Below, piece by piece: positions 46,862-59,495 of a stretch of DNA of 64,000 nucleotides. The position numbers and the translations under genes are program-made. The first letter of the stretch is position 1, and the number at the start of each line of letters is the position of its first letter. The stretch lies in the NCBI GenBank assembly GCA_046562895.1, contig CM102164.1, forward strand, positions 32,843,842 through 32,907,841. The letters are read 5' to 3'. Source of the DNA: Trichechus inunguis (lineage: Eukaryota). The notes beneath the pieces were generated by a model. It made no database searches. It saw only the letters and a list, made by a program, of their open reading frames with translations, and was not told the origin of the DNA.

Positions 46862-49140
46862 AATACCTTTTTACCACACAAACAGCGACTATACATGTGG
46901 ACCTCACCAAATAGAATACACAGGAGTCAAATTGACTACGTCTGTGGAAAGAGACAATGGAAAAACTCAATATGACCAGTCAGAACAAGACCAGATGCCT
47001 ACTGTGGAACAGTCCATCAGTTGCACATGTGCAAATTCAAATTGAAGCTGAAGAAAAATAGAACAAGTCCATGAGAGCCAAAGTATGACCTTGAGTATAT
47101 CCCACCTGAATTTAGAGACCATCTCAAGAATAGATTTCATGCATTGAACACTAATGACTGAAGACCAGACGAACTGTGGAATGACATCAAGGACATCATA
47201 GATGAAGAAAGCAAGAGGTCATTAAAAAGACAGAAAAGACCAAAATAGATGTCAGAAGAGACTCTGAAGCTTGCTCTTGAACTTTGAGTAGTTAAAGTGA
47301 GTGGAAGAAATGATGAAGTAAAAGAGCTGAACAGAAGATTTAAAAGGGTGGCTCGAGAAGACAAAAGGAAGTATTATAACAACTTGTGCAAAGATCTGGA
47401 GTTAGAAAACCAAAAGGGAAGAACATGCTCGGCATTTCTCAAGCTGAAAGAACTGAAGAAAAATATTCAAGCCTCGAGTTGCAATACTGAAAGATTCTAC
47501 TGGAAAAATACTGAACAATGCAGGAAGCATCAAAACAAGATGGAAGGAATACAAAAAGTCATTGTACAAAAAAGAAGTCGTCGGCATTCAACCATTTCAG
47601 GAGGCAGCATAGGATCAGGAAGTGATGGTACTGAAGGAAGAGGTCCAAGTTGCACTGAAGGCATTGGCGAAACACAAGACTTCAGGAGCTGACGGAATAC
47701 CAACTGAGATGTTTCAACAAAAGGATGCAGTGCTGGAAGTGTTCGCAAGTCTATGCCAAGAAATTTGGTGGACTGCTACCTCGCCAACTGACTGGAAGAG
47801 ATCCATATTTATGCCTATTCCAAATAGAGGTGATCCAACCAAATGTGGAAATTATCGAAGAATATCATTAATATTACACTCAAGTAAAATTTTGCTGAAG
47901 ATCATTCAAAAGCGATTACAGCAGTACATCAACGGAGAACTGCCAGAAATTCAAACTGGATTCACAAGGGGGCGTGGAATGAGGGATATCATTGTTGGTA
48001 TCAGATGGATCCTGAGTGAAAGCAGAGAATACCAGATAGATGTTTACCTGTGTTTTTGACTATGCAAAGGCATTCGACTGTGTGGATCATAACAAATTAT
48101 GGATAACATTGCGAAGAATGGGAATTCCAGAACACTTAATCGTGCTCGTGAGGAACTTGTACATGGATCAAGAAGCAGTTATTCGAACAGAACAAGGGAA
48201 TACTGCGTGGTTTAAAGTCAGGAAAGGTGTGCATCAGGGTTGTATCTTTCACCATACTTATTCAATTTGTATGCTGAGCAAATAATCTGAGAAGCTGGAC
48301 TATATGAAGAAGAATGAGACATCAAGATTGGAAGAGGATTCATTAACAACCTGCTTTATGCAGATGACACGACCTTGCTTGCTGAAAGTGAAGAGGACTT
48401 GAAGCACTTACTGATGAAGATCAAAGACTATAGCCTCCAGTATGGATTACACCTCAACATAAAGAAAATAAAAATCCTCACAACTGATGCAATAAGCAAC
48501 ATCATGATAAACGGTGAAAATATTGAAGTTGTCAAGGACTTCATGTTACTTGGATCCACAATCAATACCCATGGAAGCAGCAGTCAAGAAATCAAATGAT
48601 GCATTGCATTGGGCAAATCTGCTGCAAAAGACCTCTTTAAAGTGTTAAAAAGGAAACATGTCACCTTGAAGACTAAGGTGCACCTGACCCAAGCCATGGT
48701 GTTTTCAATCACCTTGTATGGATGCAAAAGCTGGACAATGAATAAGGAAGACCAAAGAAGAATTGACGCTTTTGAATTATGATGTTGGCACAGAATACTG
48801 AATATACCACGGACTGCCAAAAGAACAAACAAATCTGTCTTCGAAGAAATACAGCCAGAATTCTCCTTAGAAACAAGGACGGTGAGACTACGTCTCACAT
48901 ACTTTGGGCATGTTATCAGGACGGATCAGTCCCTGGAGAAGGACATCATGCTTGGTAAAGTAGAGGGCCCACGAAAAAGAGAAAGACCTTCAACGAGATG
49001 GATTGGCACAGTGGCCGCAACAATGGGCTCAAATATAACAACAATTGTGAGGATGGTGCAGGACCAGGTATTACTTTGTTCTGTTGTGCATGGGGTCACT
49101 ATGAGTCAGAACTGACTTGATGGCACCTAACAACAACAGC
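46862..49140 (+). mobile_element. RTE/BovB-type LINE (RTE1-like), 5'-truncated in the EN domain, intact 3' terminus
   Basis: Plus ORFs 47297..47692, 47622..48059 (..ADGIPTEMFQQKDAVLEVFASLCQEIWWTATSPTDWKRSIFMPIPNRGDPTKCGNYRRISLILHSSKILLKIIQKRLQQYINGELPEIQTGFTRGRGMRDII..), 48040..48285 (..DYAKAFDCVDHNKLWITLRRMGIPEHLIVLVRNLYMDQEAVIRTEQGNTAWFKVRKGVHQGCIF..), 48375..48599 and 48882..49115. 3' end tggggtcactatgagtcagaactgacttgatggcacctaacaacaacagcaacc. Collinear with 55640-57720. Confidence 0.9.
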
Positions 49141-49354
49141 AACCTCTCTCTGTGCTCCAGCCATACTGGACTCCTTGGTTTTCCTGGAATATTTCTGCCT
49201 CAGTGCTTTGCGCTACTTGTTCTTTCAACTTAGAATATTCTTTCCCCAGATATTCTCAAGGATTGATTTCTATAATTCACTCAAATTTTGTGTAATGTGT
49301 TACCTTTTCAGCAATGCCTTCCCTGATCATTTTATTTAAAATTGTAGTCCTTGA

Positions 49355-52300
49355 GGCGGAATAGTCAAGATGGCGGAATAATCAGACACTTCCTGTCGTC
49401 CCTCTTACAACACAGACCCGAAGAAACAAGTGAATCGATTACATATGACCATCTAGGAGCCCTGATCATCAAAGACAAAGCTGAAGAGTTGGACTGAATG
49501 GCAGGGGGAAGGAGAGACAATTCAACAGCAGTGGAGAAGTTCCTGTTGGGAGGTTGCCAGCACCTTCCTGACTGGGTTGGCCAGGCGCATGCAGGCTGAG
49601 GTGAGCAGTAGCGTTCAGGACTTGTCTCACCACATCAGGTGAGGCCAGGCAGTGGCAAGTCTGCACTCGCCTCCTGAAACAGGTGGAAGCATCGCAGAAT
49701 CTGCAAAAGCTAAAGGCAGGCATCTAATCTACTGCACAGGGCAAAATAATCTCTTTCTTACAAAGTTTCACAGTGGAGAAGAGCTTCCTTCCCCTCACCC
49801 ATTCCCCACCCCACTCCTCTCCGATACCAGTCCAGCAGTATTCAACAACTGCCATGCCCCTAAGCAAGAAATCAGGGCTATCCATGCCCACACCAGTCTC
49901 CTGGCTTTAAAAAAAGCCACACGCCCTAAGGCAGGAACTCAGGGCCGGTTAGGAGGTTCTGCGGTTTTGTCGAGCCACTGGCATAAGGGGTCCACGGACT
50001 TGCAGTGCCCTTCATCTCTGCCTAGATTTATGTGGGCTGATTCAACACTGCATGCCTTCATTAGCATAAAACAGCAGGGCATACACCTGAAGCCCTGCAG
50101 TAGCCAAGGGGGAGCTACAGATTCATGACATTTGACACTGCCCTGCTCTTTAAGCATGGACCTCACCCATCCATGTCAGGGGCCTGAGTGCTGGTGGTAC
50201 CACCCACTCCATCTAGCCATCCATGACAGGGGTCTGAGAATAAGTGGTGTCCCTCAGTCCCTCCAGCCAACAACAAGGGATGCCCAGTGACTGGCTGAAA
50301 TACCCCCCTACTATGTGCTTTAGGGGACAAAGATACTCCTTTCACCCAGGCACCCAAGGGCAACCGTCAGCCCCCGCACATAGCCCCATACTGCAGCCAG
50401 ACACTTTTGCTTGCTCCGAACACCTCTAAGTAGCCCTGCCTTTCTAGGACTATAAGTGAGAGTCTGCACTACACACTCGGTGACTGAAGACGTGGACACC
50501 TGTGCTGAACCCGCACAAGAAAAGTGAACAAACTCCTGGGCTTACACACCTAGTAGCTGCTCTAACCACCTGAGGACAGGAGGTGAGTGCTTCAAAGATG
50601 TCAATAACCAAAGTAGCTCACACATCCAGCCTACTTGGGCATATCAAAACAAACAAGTTAGGACACAGTAAACAAACATACAAATAAATAAATTTAATAA
50701 CTTATTGATGCCTCAGAGACAATAGCCAATATCAAATTACATAAAGAAGCAGGACAATATGGCTCCAGCAAGTGACCAAAAGAACAAGGAAATCTTCTGG
50801 AGGAAGATAAAGTAATGGAATTATCTGAGATAGAATTAAAAAAAAACTAATATACAGAGCTCTCCTAGAGATTAGGAAGGAGATTAGGCAAAATTCAGAC
50901 TAAGCCAAACACAGTTAAACAGAAGTTAAGGGAATTCGTAAAAGCCAAACCAAAATTACAAGAAATATTAAAGGGAGTCCTCTGGTTAGATAACCAACAA
51001 TATCAGACAACAGTTCAAGACTACAACACAGGACAGATTAACCAGTTATCAACCAAGAATGGAAGTCACAAAAACAAGCCAAAGCTAAAAGACTGAAAAT
51101 AGGGAATCAGAGACATCAATATATAAACAATGACACTGTCAAAACAAAAAAAAAAAATGAAATAAACAGTGTAGTCATAGAACCGCCATATGGAGAAGAA
51201 GTTAAGGCAATATCAAACAATAAAAGATTGGTTTAAACTTGGAAAAATAAAGGTAAATTTTAAGGTAACCACAAAGGAAGCTAACAAACCTACCCATCAA
51301 AATAAAAAGAAGAAAAACATAAAGACTCAGCAAACACAAAATCAACAATAATGAAAATGATGAAAAAAAATACATAAAGAAAAATGACTCAGCACAGAAA
51401 ATTAAGTGGAAGAAAGAAACTGTCAATACCACAAAAAAAAAAAAATCAAAATGACAGCAGTAAACTCATATCTATCAATAATTACAATGAATGTAAATGG
51501 ACCAATAAAGAGACAGAGAGTGGTAGAACGGATTAAAAACTGATCCATCTATATGCTGCCTACAAGAGACACACCTTAAACTTAAAGACACAAGCTAAAA
51601 TTCAAAGAATGGAAAAAAATATATCAAGCAAACAACAACCAAAAAAGAGCAGAAGTGGTAATATCAATCTCTGACAAAATAAACTTTAAAGCAAAATCCA
51701 CCACAAAGGATAAGGAAAGACACTATATAATGATTAAAGGGTCAATACACCAGGAAGATATAACCATAATAAATACATACATACCCAATGACAGGGCTCC
51801 AAAATACATAAAACAAAATCTAACAGCATTGAAAAGAGAAATAGCTCCACAATAATAGTAGGAGACTTCAACACACCACTTTTGGTGAAGGACAGAACAT
51901 CCAGAAAGAAACTCAATAAAGATACAATCAACCAGCTCAACCCCATAGACATATACAGAACACTCCACCAAACAGCAGCCAAGTATACATTATTTTCCAA
52001 CATGCATGGAACATTCTCCAGAATAGACTACATTTTAGACCACAAAGCAAGCCTTAACAGAATACAAAACATTGAAATATTACAAAGCATCTTTTCCGAC
52101 CATAATGCCACAAAAGTAGACATCAATAACAGAAACAGCAAGGAAGAAAAATCGAATACGTGGAAACTGAATAACACCTTGCTCAAAAACTACTGGGTTA
52201 TAGAAGAAATCAAGGACGGCATAAAGAAATTCATGGAGTCAAATGAGAATGAAAACACATCTTACCAGAACCTTTGGGACACATGCAAAAGCAGTACTTA

Positions 52301-54885
52301 GGGGTCAGTTTATAGCATAAATGCACATATTCAAAAAGAAAAAAGGGACGAAATCAAAACATTAATCCTACAACTCGAACAAATAGAAAGAACAGCAAAA
52401 GAGGGTCTCAGGCCCCAGAAGAAAGGGAATAATAAAGACGAGAGCAGAAATATATGAAACAGAGAATAAAAAAATTGAGTCAATAAGACCAAAAGTTGGT
52501 TCTTTGAAAAGATCAACAAAATCGACAAACCATTGGCCAAACTGACAAAAGAAAAACAGGAGAGGAAGCAAATAACCCAGATAAGAAACCCAAATAAGAT
52601 GGACAATATTGCAACAGATCCAACTGAAATTAAAAAATCATGACAGAATACTATGAAAAATTGTACTCTAACAAATTTGAAAACCTAGAAGAAATGGACA
52701 AATTTCTAGAAACACACTATCTACTGTCATGGATTGAATTGTGTCCCCCAAAATATGTGTCAACTTGGTTAGGCCATGATTCCCAGTATTGTGTGGTTGT
52801 CCTCCATTTTGTGATTGTAATTTTCCCATGTGTTGTAAATCCTAATCTCTGCCTGTGGTTAATGAGGCAAGATTACATTATGTTAAAGAGGATTAGGATG
52901 CGGATGTAACACCCTTACTAAGGTCACATCCTTGATCCAATGTAGAGGGAGTTTCCCTGGGGTGTGTCCTGCGCCACCTTTTATCTTACAAGAGATAACA
53001 GGAAAGGGAGGCAAGCAGAGAGTGGGGGACCTCATACCACCAAGAAAGCAGAGCCAGGAGCAGAGTGCATTCTTTGAACCGAGGGTTTCTGTGCAGAAAA
53101 GCTCCTAGTCCAGGGGAAGATTGATGACAAGGACCTTCCTCCAGAGCTGATAGAGAAAGCCTTCCCCTGGAGGTGACTCCCTGAATTTGGACTTCTAGCC
53201 TACTAGACTGTGAGAGAATAAACTTCTGTTTGTTAAAACCATCCACTTGTCATATTTCTGTTATAGCAGCACTAGATGACTAAGACACCTATCTAAACTA
53301 ACACAAATGGAGACAGAAAAACTAAATGAACCCATAACAAAAGAAGAAATTGAAGAGGTAATTAAAAAACTCCCCCCCCCAAAAAAAAAACTCCCAACAT
53401 AAAAAGCTCTGGCCCAGACGACTTCACTGGAGAATTCTACCGAACTTTCAGAGGAGTTAATACCAGTACTATTAAAGGTATTTCAGAGCATAGAAAAGGA
53501 AAGAATACTCCCAAACTCATTCTGTGAAGCCAGCATAACCCTGATACCAAAGCTAGGTAAAGACACACACACAAAAGAAAATTACAGACCAACATCCCTT
53601 ATGAATATAGATGCAAAAATCCTCAGCAAAATTCTAGCCAATAGAATTCAACAACATATCAAAAAAAAATAATTCATCATGATCAAGTGGGATTCACACC
53701 AGGTATGCAAGGATTATTCAACGTTAGAAAAACAATCAATGTAACCCATCACATAAATAAAAGATAAGAACCACATGATCTTAACAATTTATGCAGAAGA
53801 GGCATTTGAGAAAGCCCAATACCCATTCATGATAAAAACTCTCAGCAAAATAAGAATAGAAGGAAATTCATCGACATAAAAAAGGGAGTTTGTACGAAGC
53901 CAACAGCCAATATCATTCTAAATGGAGAGAAACTGAAAGCACTCCCCTTGAGAACAGGAACCAGACAAGGATGCCCTTTATCACCACTCTTATTCAACAT
54001 TGTGCTGGAGGTCCTAGCTACTGCAATAATGCAAGAAAAAAGAGAAAAAGGGCATCAAAATTGGTAAGGAAGAAGTAAAAGTATCCAAACACTTTGAGGG
54101 ACAGAGTAGCTGGGCTGAGTCCTGTGGACCACAGTTTTGGAGAATATCTAGGTCAATTGGCATAACAAAGTTTATTGAGAAAATATTCTGCATCACACTT
54201 TGGTGAGTGGCTTCTGGGGTCTTAAAAGCTTGCGAGTGTCCATCTAAGATGCACCAATTGTTCCCATTCCACTTGGAGCAAAGGAGAATGAAGAAAACCG
54301 AAGACAAGGAAAATATTAGCCCAAGAGACTAAAGGACAACATTAACAAAAGACTCATCCAGCCTGAGACCAGAAGAACTAGATGGTGCTCGGCTACCACC
54401 AAATGACCACCCTGACAGGGAACCCAGCAGAGAGTCACATACAGAGTGGGAGAAAAGTGTGGAGCAGAACTCAAATTCACGTAAAAAGACCAGACTTGAT
54501 GATCTGACAGAGACTGGAAGAACTCTTGAAACTACAGCCCCTGGATGCTTTGTTAACCCAGACCTGAAACCATTCCTGAAGCCCACTCTTCAGACAAAGA
54601 TTAGTCGGGACTATGAAACAAAAAATAATACACATGAGAAACGCGCTTCTTAGTTCAATCAGATACATGAGACCAAATGTCCGGAGGCAGGAGGAGAAGG
54701 CAGGAAGGGACAAGAACTGGTTGAATGGACACAGGGAAGCTGGGGTGGAAAGGGGGAGTGTGCTGTCACATTGTGGAGATTGCAACTAATATCACAAAAC
54801 AATATGTGTATAAATTTTTGTATGAGAAATAACTTGAGCTGTAAATTTTCACCTAAAGCACAATAAAAAAAGGAAAAAAGTTATG
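49355..54885 (+). mobile_element. L1 copy E (plus strand): apparent native 5' end, 5'UTR, degenerate ORF1, ORF2 EN/Z/RT up to the palm region, an internal deletion jumping into the 3'UTR, and a poly-A tail. Contains a nested family Y insertion.
   Basis: 5' start ggcggaatagtcaagatggcggaataatcagacacttcc (compare the canonical L1 5' terminus ..gccaagatggccgaatagg..). ORF1 end ..LQEILKGVLW near 50960-50990. ORF2 start caatgaatgtaaatggaccaataaagagacagagagtgg (MNVNGPIKRQRV) at 51489. EN motifs in ORFs 51655..51855 and 51882..52301. Z/RT motifs in 52640..52700 ([25 protein letters not shown]) and 53300-54080 (..[98 protein letters not shown]..). The 3'UTR from about 54085 is homologous to 28050-28850. 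Tail cacaataaaaaaaggaaaaaag. Confidence 0.75.
52722..53290 (+). mobile_element. Family Y LTR-like element (most complete copy, about 570 bp) nested in ORF2 of L1 copy E
   Basis: tgtcatggattgaattgtgtcccccaaaatatgtgtcaacttggttaggcc ... gagagaataaacttctgtttgttaaaaccatccacttgtcatatttctgttatagcagcactagatgactaagaca. TG...CA termini, an internal AATAAA about 60 bp from the 3' end, and flanking direct repeat ctatcta(c/a). Confidence 0.7.
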
Positions 54886-55039
54886 GCCCTCATCACATCG
54901 CTCCCTATAATTTTTCCCATTTGATTTATCTTCATAAGATTTACCATCTTCTAAAACATATTGTGGTAAATCTTAATATATATTATGGTTCCATTAGTAA
55001 TCATAATGTGGAATGTATGAAGTATGAATGAAGGAAAAT

Positions 55040-57724
55040 TCTAAGTTGTCAAAAATGAAATGGAATGCTTGAAGATTGATATCATAGGCATTAGTGAGCT
55101 GAAATACACTGGTATTGGCCATTTTGAACCGGACAATCATATTGTCTACTATGTCAGGAATGACAAAATGAAGAGGAATGGCATTGCATTCATCATCAAA
55201 AAGAACATTTCTAGATCTATCCTGAAGTACAACGCTGTCAGTGATAAGATAATATCCATATGCCTAGGAGGAAGAACAGTTAATATGACTATTATTCAAA
55301 TGTATGCACCAATCACTAATGCCAAAGATTAAGAAATTGAAGGTTTTTATCAACTTCTACAGTTTGATCAAACATGCAATCAAAATGAATTGATAATTAT
55401 TGGTGATTGAAAGGAGCCCTGGTGGCACGACTGCTCCTCAGAAACCCTATGGGGCATTTCTACTCTGTCCTATACTATTGCTATGAGTTGGAATCAACTC
55501 AACATTAATGGGTCAGGTGACTGAAGTGTGAAAGTTGGAAACAAAGAAGGATTAGTAGTTGGGAAAATATGGCCTTGGTGATAGAAATGACGCTGGAGAT
55601 CACATGATAGAATTTTGCAAGACCAACAACTAATTCATTGCAAATACCGTTTTTCTACAACATAAATGAGGACGCTACATGTGGACCTCACCATATCAAA
55701 TCAACTACATCTATGGAGAGATACGATGGAGAAGCTCAAAATCATCAGTCAGAACAAACCCAAGGATTAACTGTGGAACAGATCATCAATTGCTCATATG
55801 CAAGTTCAAGTTGAAGCTGAAGAAAATTTCAAAGAGTCTACAAGAGCCAAAGTACAACTTTGAGTATATCCCATCTGAATTTAGAGACCATCTCAAGAAT
55901 AGATTTGACATACTGAACACTAATGACTGAAGACCAGACAAGTTGTGAGATGACATCAAAGACATCATACATGAAGAAAGCAAAAGGTCATTAAAAGACA
56001 GGAAAGAAAGAAAAGACCAAAATGGATGTCAGAAGACACTCTGAAACTTGCTCTTGAACATCGAGTAGCTAAAGCGGTCGGAAGAAATGATGAAGTAAAA
56101 ACACTGAACCGAAGATTTTAAAGGGTGGCTCTAGAGGACAAAGTAAAGTATTATAAAGACATGTGCAAAGACCTGGAGTTAGAAAACCAAAAAGGAAGAA
56201 CATACTGGGCATTTCTCAAGCTGAAAGAACTGAAGAAAAAATTCAAGCCTAAAGTTGCAATACTGACGGATTCCATGGGCACAAAATTGAACGTTGCAGG
56301 AAGTATCCAAAGAAGATGGAAGGAACACACAAAGTCACTATACCAAAAAGAATTGGTCAACGTTCAATCGTTTCAGAAGATAGCAGATGATCAAGAACCA
56401 ATGGTTCTGAAGGAAGAAGTCCAAGCTGCACTGAAGGCATTAGTGAAAACAAGGCTCCAGGAATTAACAGAATACCAATTGAGATGTTTCAACAAACAGA
56501 TGCAGCACTGGAAGTGCTCACTCGTCTATGCCAAGAAGTTTGAGTGACAGCTATCTGGCCAACTGACTAGAAGAGATCCATATTTGTGCTCATTCCAAAG
56601 AAAGATGATCCAATCAAATTCAGAAATTATCGAAAAATATCATTAATATCACAAGCAGGTAAAATTTTGCTGAAGATCATTCAAAAAAGGTTGCAGCAGT
56701 ACATCGACTTGGAACTGCCTGAAATTCAAACTGGATTCAGAAGAGGACGTGGAACAAGAGATATCATTGCTGATGTCAGACGGATCCTGGCTGAAACCAG
56801 AGAATACCAGAAAGCTGTTTACCTGTGTTTGTTGACTATGCAAAAGCCATTCAAATGTGTGGATCATGACGAATTATGGATAATATTGCAAATAATGGGA
56901 ATTCCAGAACACTTAATTGTGCTAATGCAGAATCTGTACATAGACCAAGAGGCAGTTATTTGAACAGAAAAAAAGGGGGTATAAGGGTTGTATCCTTTCA
57001 TCATACTTATTCCATCTGTATGCTGAACAAATAACCCGAGAATCTGGACTATATGAAGAAAAACGTGGCATCAGGATTGAAGGAAGTCTCATTAACAACT
57101 TGCTTTATGCAGATGACAGAACCTTGCTTGCTGAAAGTGAAGAGGGCTTGAAGCACTTACTGATGAAGATCAAAGACTACAGTCTTCAGTATGGATTACA
57201 CTTCAACATAAAGAAAACAAAAATCCTCACAACTGGACCAATAAGCAACATCATGATAAATGGAGAAAAGATTGAAGTTGTCAAGGATTTCATTTTACTT
57301 GTATCCACAATCAACACCCATGGAAGCAGCAGTCAAGAAATTAAAAGATGCATTGCATTGGGCAAGCCTGCTGCAAAAGACCTCTTTAAAGTATTAAAAA
57401 ACAATGATGTCACTTTGAGGACTAAGGTGCACCTGACACAAGCCATGGTATTTTCAATCACCTCATATGCATGCAAAAGCTGGACAATGAATTAGGAAGA
57501 CCGAAGAAGAAATGACGCCTTTGAATTATGATGTTGGTGAAGAATATTGACTATACCATGGCCTGCCAGAAGAGCGAACCAATCTGTCTTGGAAGAAGTA
57601 CAGCCAGAATGCTCCTTAGAAATGAAGATGGTGAGACTTCATGTTACTGCCTTTGGACATGTAAGGAGGGACCACTCCCTGGAGAAGGATATCATGTTTG
57701 GTAAAGTAGAGGGTCAGTGAAAAA
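55040..57724 (+). mobile_element. RTE/BovB-type LINE copy 2, piece 1 of 3 (EN domain to near the RT end); nearly full-length at the 5' side
   Basis: Plus ORFs 55060..55332 (MECLKIDIIGISELKYTGIGHFEPDNHIVYYVRNDKMKRNGIAFIIKKNISRSILKYNAVSDKIISICLGGRTVNMTIIQMYAPITNAKD; APE-type EN), 55679..55930, 56125..56547, 56586..56963 (..ISLISQAGKILLKIIQKRLQQYIDLELPEIQTGFRRGRGTRDIIADVRRILAETREYQKAVYLCLL..VDHDELWIILQIMGIPEHLIVLMQNLYIDQEAVI) and 57100..57495 (MLYADDRTLLAESEEGLKHLLMKIKDYSLQYGLHFNIKKTKIL..). Confidence 0.9.
55413..55520 (+). mobile_element. AfroSINE (internally deleted) nested in the RTE copy 2 EN domain, with an 8-bp TSD
   Basis: ggagccctggtggcacgactgctcctcagaaaccctatggggcatttctactctgtcctatactattgctatgagttggaatcaactcaacattaatgggtcagg. 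Flanking direct repeat tgattgaa ... tgactgaa. Confidence 0.8.
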
Positions 57725-58961
57725 GAGGAAGACCCTTGTTATAAATTGAATTGTGGATCCCCAGGGTGAATTATCCATGTCTTAGCCTGGTTCTCTAGAG
57801 AAGTAAAACCAGTAAAGCGTATAAATATATATAGAGAGAGATCTATGTCAGGGAAATGGCTCATATGATTGTAGAGGCTAGAATATCCCAAGTCGTTGGA
57901 TCAGGATAGAGGCTTCTCCTGATTCATGTAGCTGCAGGGGCTGGTGAACACAAGATCGGCAGGTCAGATAGCAGGGCTCTTATTCACAGGCTGTGAAGAT
58001 TGACAAATCCCAAGATTGGCAGGTAAACTGCTAGCTTAAGTCCCAAGAACCAGATATCAGACTAACAGGAGGCAGCTGCAGGATTAGAGCAGGCAAAAGC
58101 CAGAATGTCCACTTATATTCAGATGCAGGCCCCATGCCCAAGAAAACTCCCTTTCAACTGATTGGCTACTCACAGCAGATCCCATCACGGGGGTGATCAC
58201 ATATAAACACCGAGAATCATGGCCTGGCCAAGTTGACACACAATCTTAACCATCGCAACCCAATAGGCACGGTGATTACCTTGCTTACCACATCATCTGT
58301 AGTGAACAGTTTTACATTTTTCACTACATCAAAGATTCTGCGTTAGGTACAGCTGGCATTTCTCTCCTAACTCCATAGTACCTTACTGCATAATCAAAGC
58401 CTCTTTTTAAATTTATAATCCCTGACAGGGATGGGTGACCCAGAAAGCAAGGTAAGCGCAGGTTTGCTTGTGCTCACTTACTAATTTGTAGTGAACAATA
58501 TCCTATGGGTTTCACTACATTAAAGTTGATCTGGTAAGCAAGGTCAGCACAGTGCTTACCTTGCCTGCTGGATAATCCACCACTGTGTCCCCAAAAATAA
58601 ATGATGTAAATCCTAACCTCTGTGGGACTGGGTTACTCTCTATTATGTTAATGGGGCAGGATTAGTACAGGGTATGTCTTGAGTCAATCTCTTTTGAGAT
58701 ATAAAAGAGATTAAACAATCAAGGGAGCAAGCAGATATGGGGGAAGACACATGCCAAGCCACATGAAGCTCACCCAGGAGCAGAAGTTCAGAAGAGACAA
58801 GGACCTTCCTCCGGAGCTTACAGAGAGAAAGACTTCCCCTAGAGCTGCCACCCTGAATTTGGTCTATAGCCTCCTAAACTGTAAGAAAATAAATTTCTGT
58901 TTGTTAAAGCCACCAATGTGTGGTATTTCTGTTATAGCAGCCCTAGATAACTAAGACAACC
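57725..58961 (+). mobile_element. Composite 1.24-kb insertion splitting RTE copy 2: Y-like head (57725-57760), family X body (57760-58254), unclassified structured segment (58255-58565), family Y body and 3' end (58566-58961)
   Basis: Head ttgaattgtggatccccagggtgaatt resembles the Y 5' end ttgaattgtgtcccccaaaatatgtg. X body ..ggttctctagagaagtaaaaccagtaaagcgtataaatatatatagagagagatctatgtcagggaaatggctcat...ccaagttgacacacaatcttaaccatc has a second standalone copy at 59037-59490. The tail ...gaatttggtctatagcctcctaaactgtaagaaaataaatttctgtttgttaaagccaccaatgtgtggtatttctgttatagcagccctagataactaagacaa is the Y 3' end. RTE resumes at 58962 (ccttcaaagagatgcattgacacagtggctgcaacaatgg = PSKRCIDTVAATM). Flanking repeat ccctt/ccttc. 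Confidence 0.6.
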
Positions 58962-59036
58962 TTCAAAGAGATGCATTGACACAGTGGCTGCAACAATGGA
59001 CATAGAAAAGATCATGAGGATGGTACACGTCTTAAG
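58962..59036 (+). mobile_element. RTE copy 2, piece 2 of 3
   Basis: ..CIDTVAATMDIEKIMRMVH, which continues the RTE C-terminal coding region (compare 48990-49060, ..RWIGTVAATMGSNITTIVRMVQD). Confidence 0.8.
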
Positions 59037-59490
59037 CTGGGTTCTCTAGAGAAGAAAAACCAGTAAAGCGTATAAATATAGAGATTTATATCAAGGAAAC
59101 AGCTCATGAGATTGTAGAGGCTAGAACGTCCCAAGTCCATAGATCAGGGTAGAGGCCTCTCCCAATTCACACAGCCGCAGAAGCTGGCGAGCCCAAGATC
59201 GGCAGGTCAGAGAGCAGAGCTCCAGCTCACAGGATGTGAAGGTTGACAAATTCCAAGACTGGCAGGTAAACCGACAGCTCAAGTCCCAAGAACCAGAGGT
59301 GAGACAACAGGATCCAGAGTGAGCAAAAAGCCAGAACATCTGCTTATATTCAGATGCAGGCCACACCCCCAAGGAAACTCCCTTTCATCTGATTGGCTAC
59401 TCACAGAATATTCAATCATGGGAGTGATCATATATAAACACTGAGAATCATGGCCCAGCCAAGTTGACACACAATCTTAACCATCACTAC
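59037..59490 (+). mobile_element. Family X interspersed repeat (about 455 bp), second insertion into RTE copy 2
   Basis: tcttaagctgggttctctagagaagaaaaaccagtaaagcgtataaatatagagatttatatcaaggaaacagctcatgagattgtagaggctagaacgtcccaagtcc...ccagccaagttgacacacaatcttaaccatcac. Collinear with 57755-58254 at roughly 80% identity. Confidence 0.7.
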
Positions 59491-59495
59491 GCAGG

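Noticed and set aside
49652-50128. 158-aa plus ORF
   Set aside because: It lies within the 5'UTR of L1 copy E upstream of the degenerate ORF1. No similarity to ORF1p, so a chance ORF in GC-rich UTR sequence.
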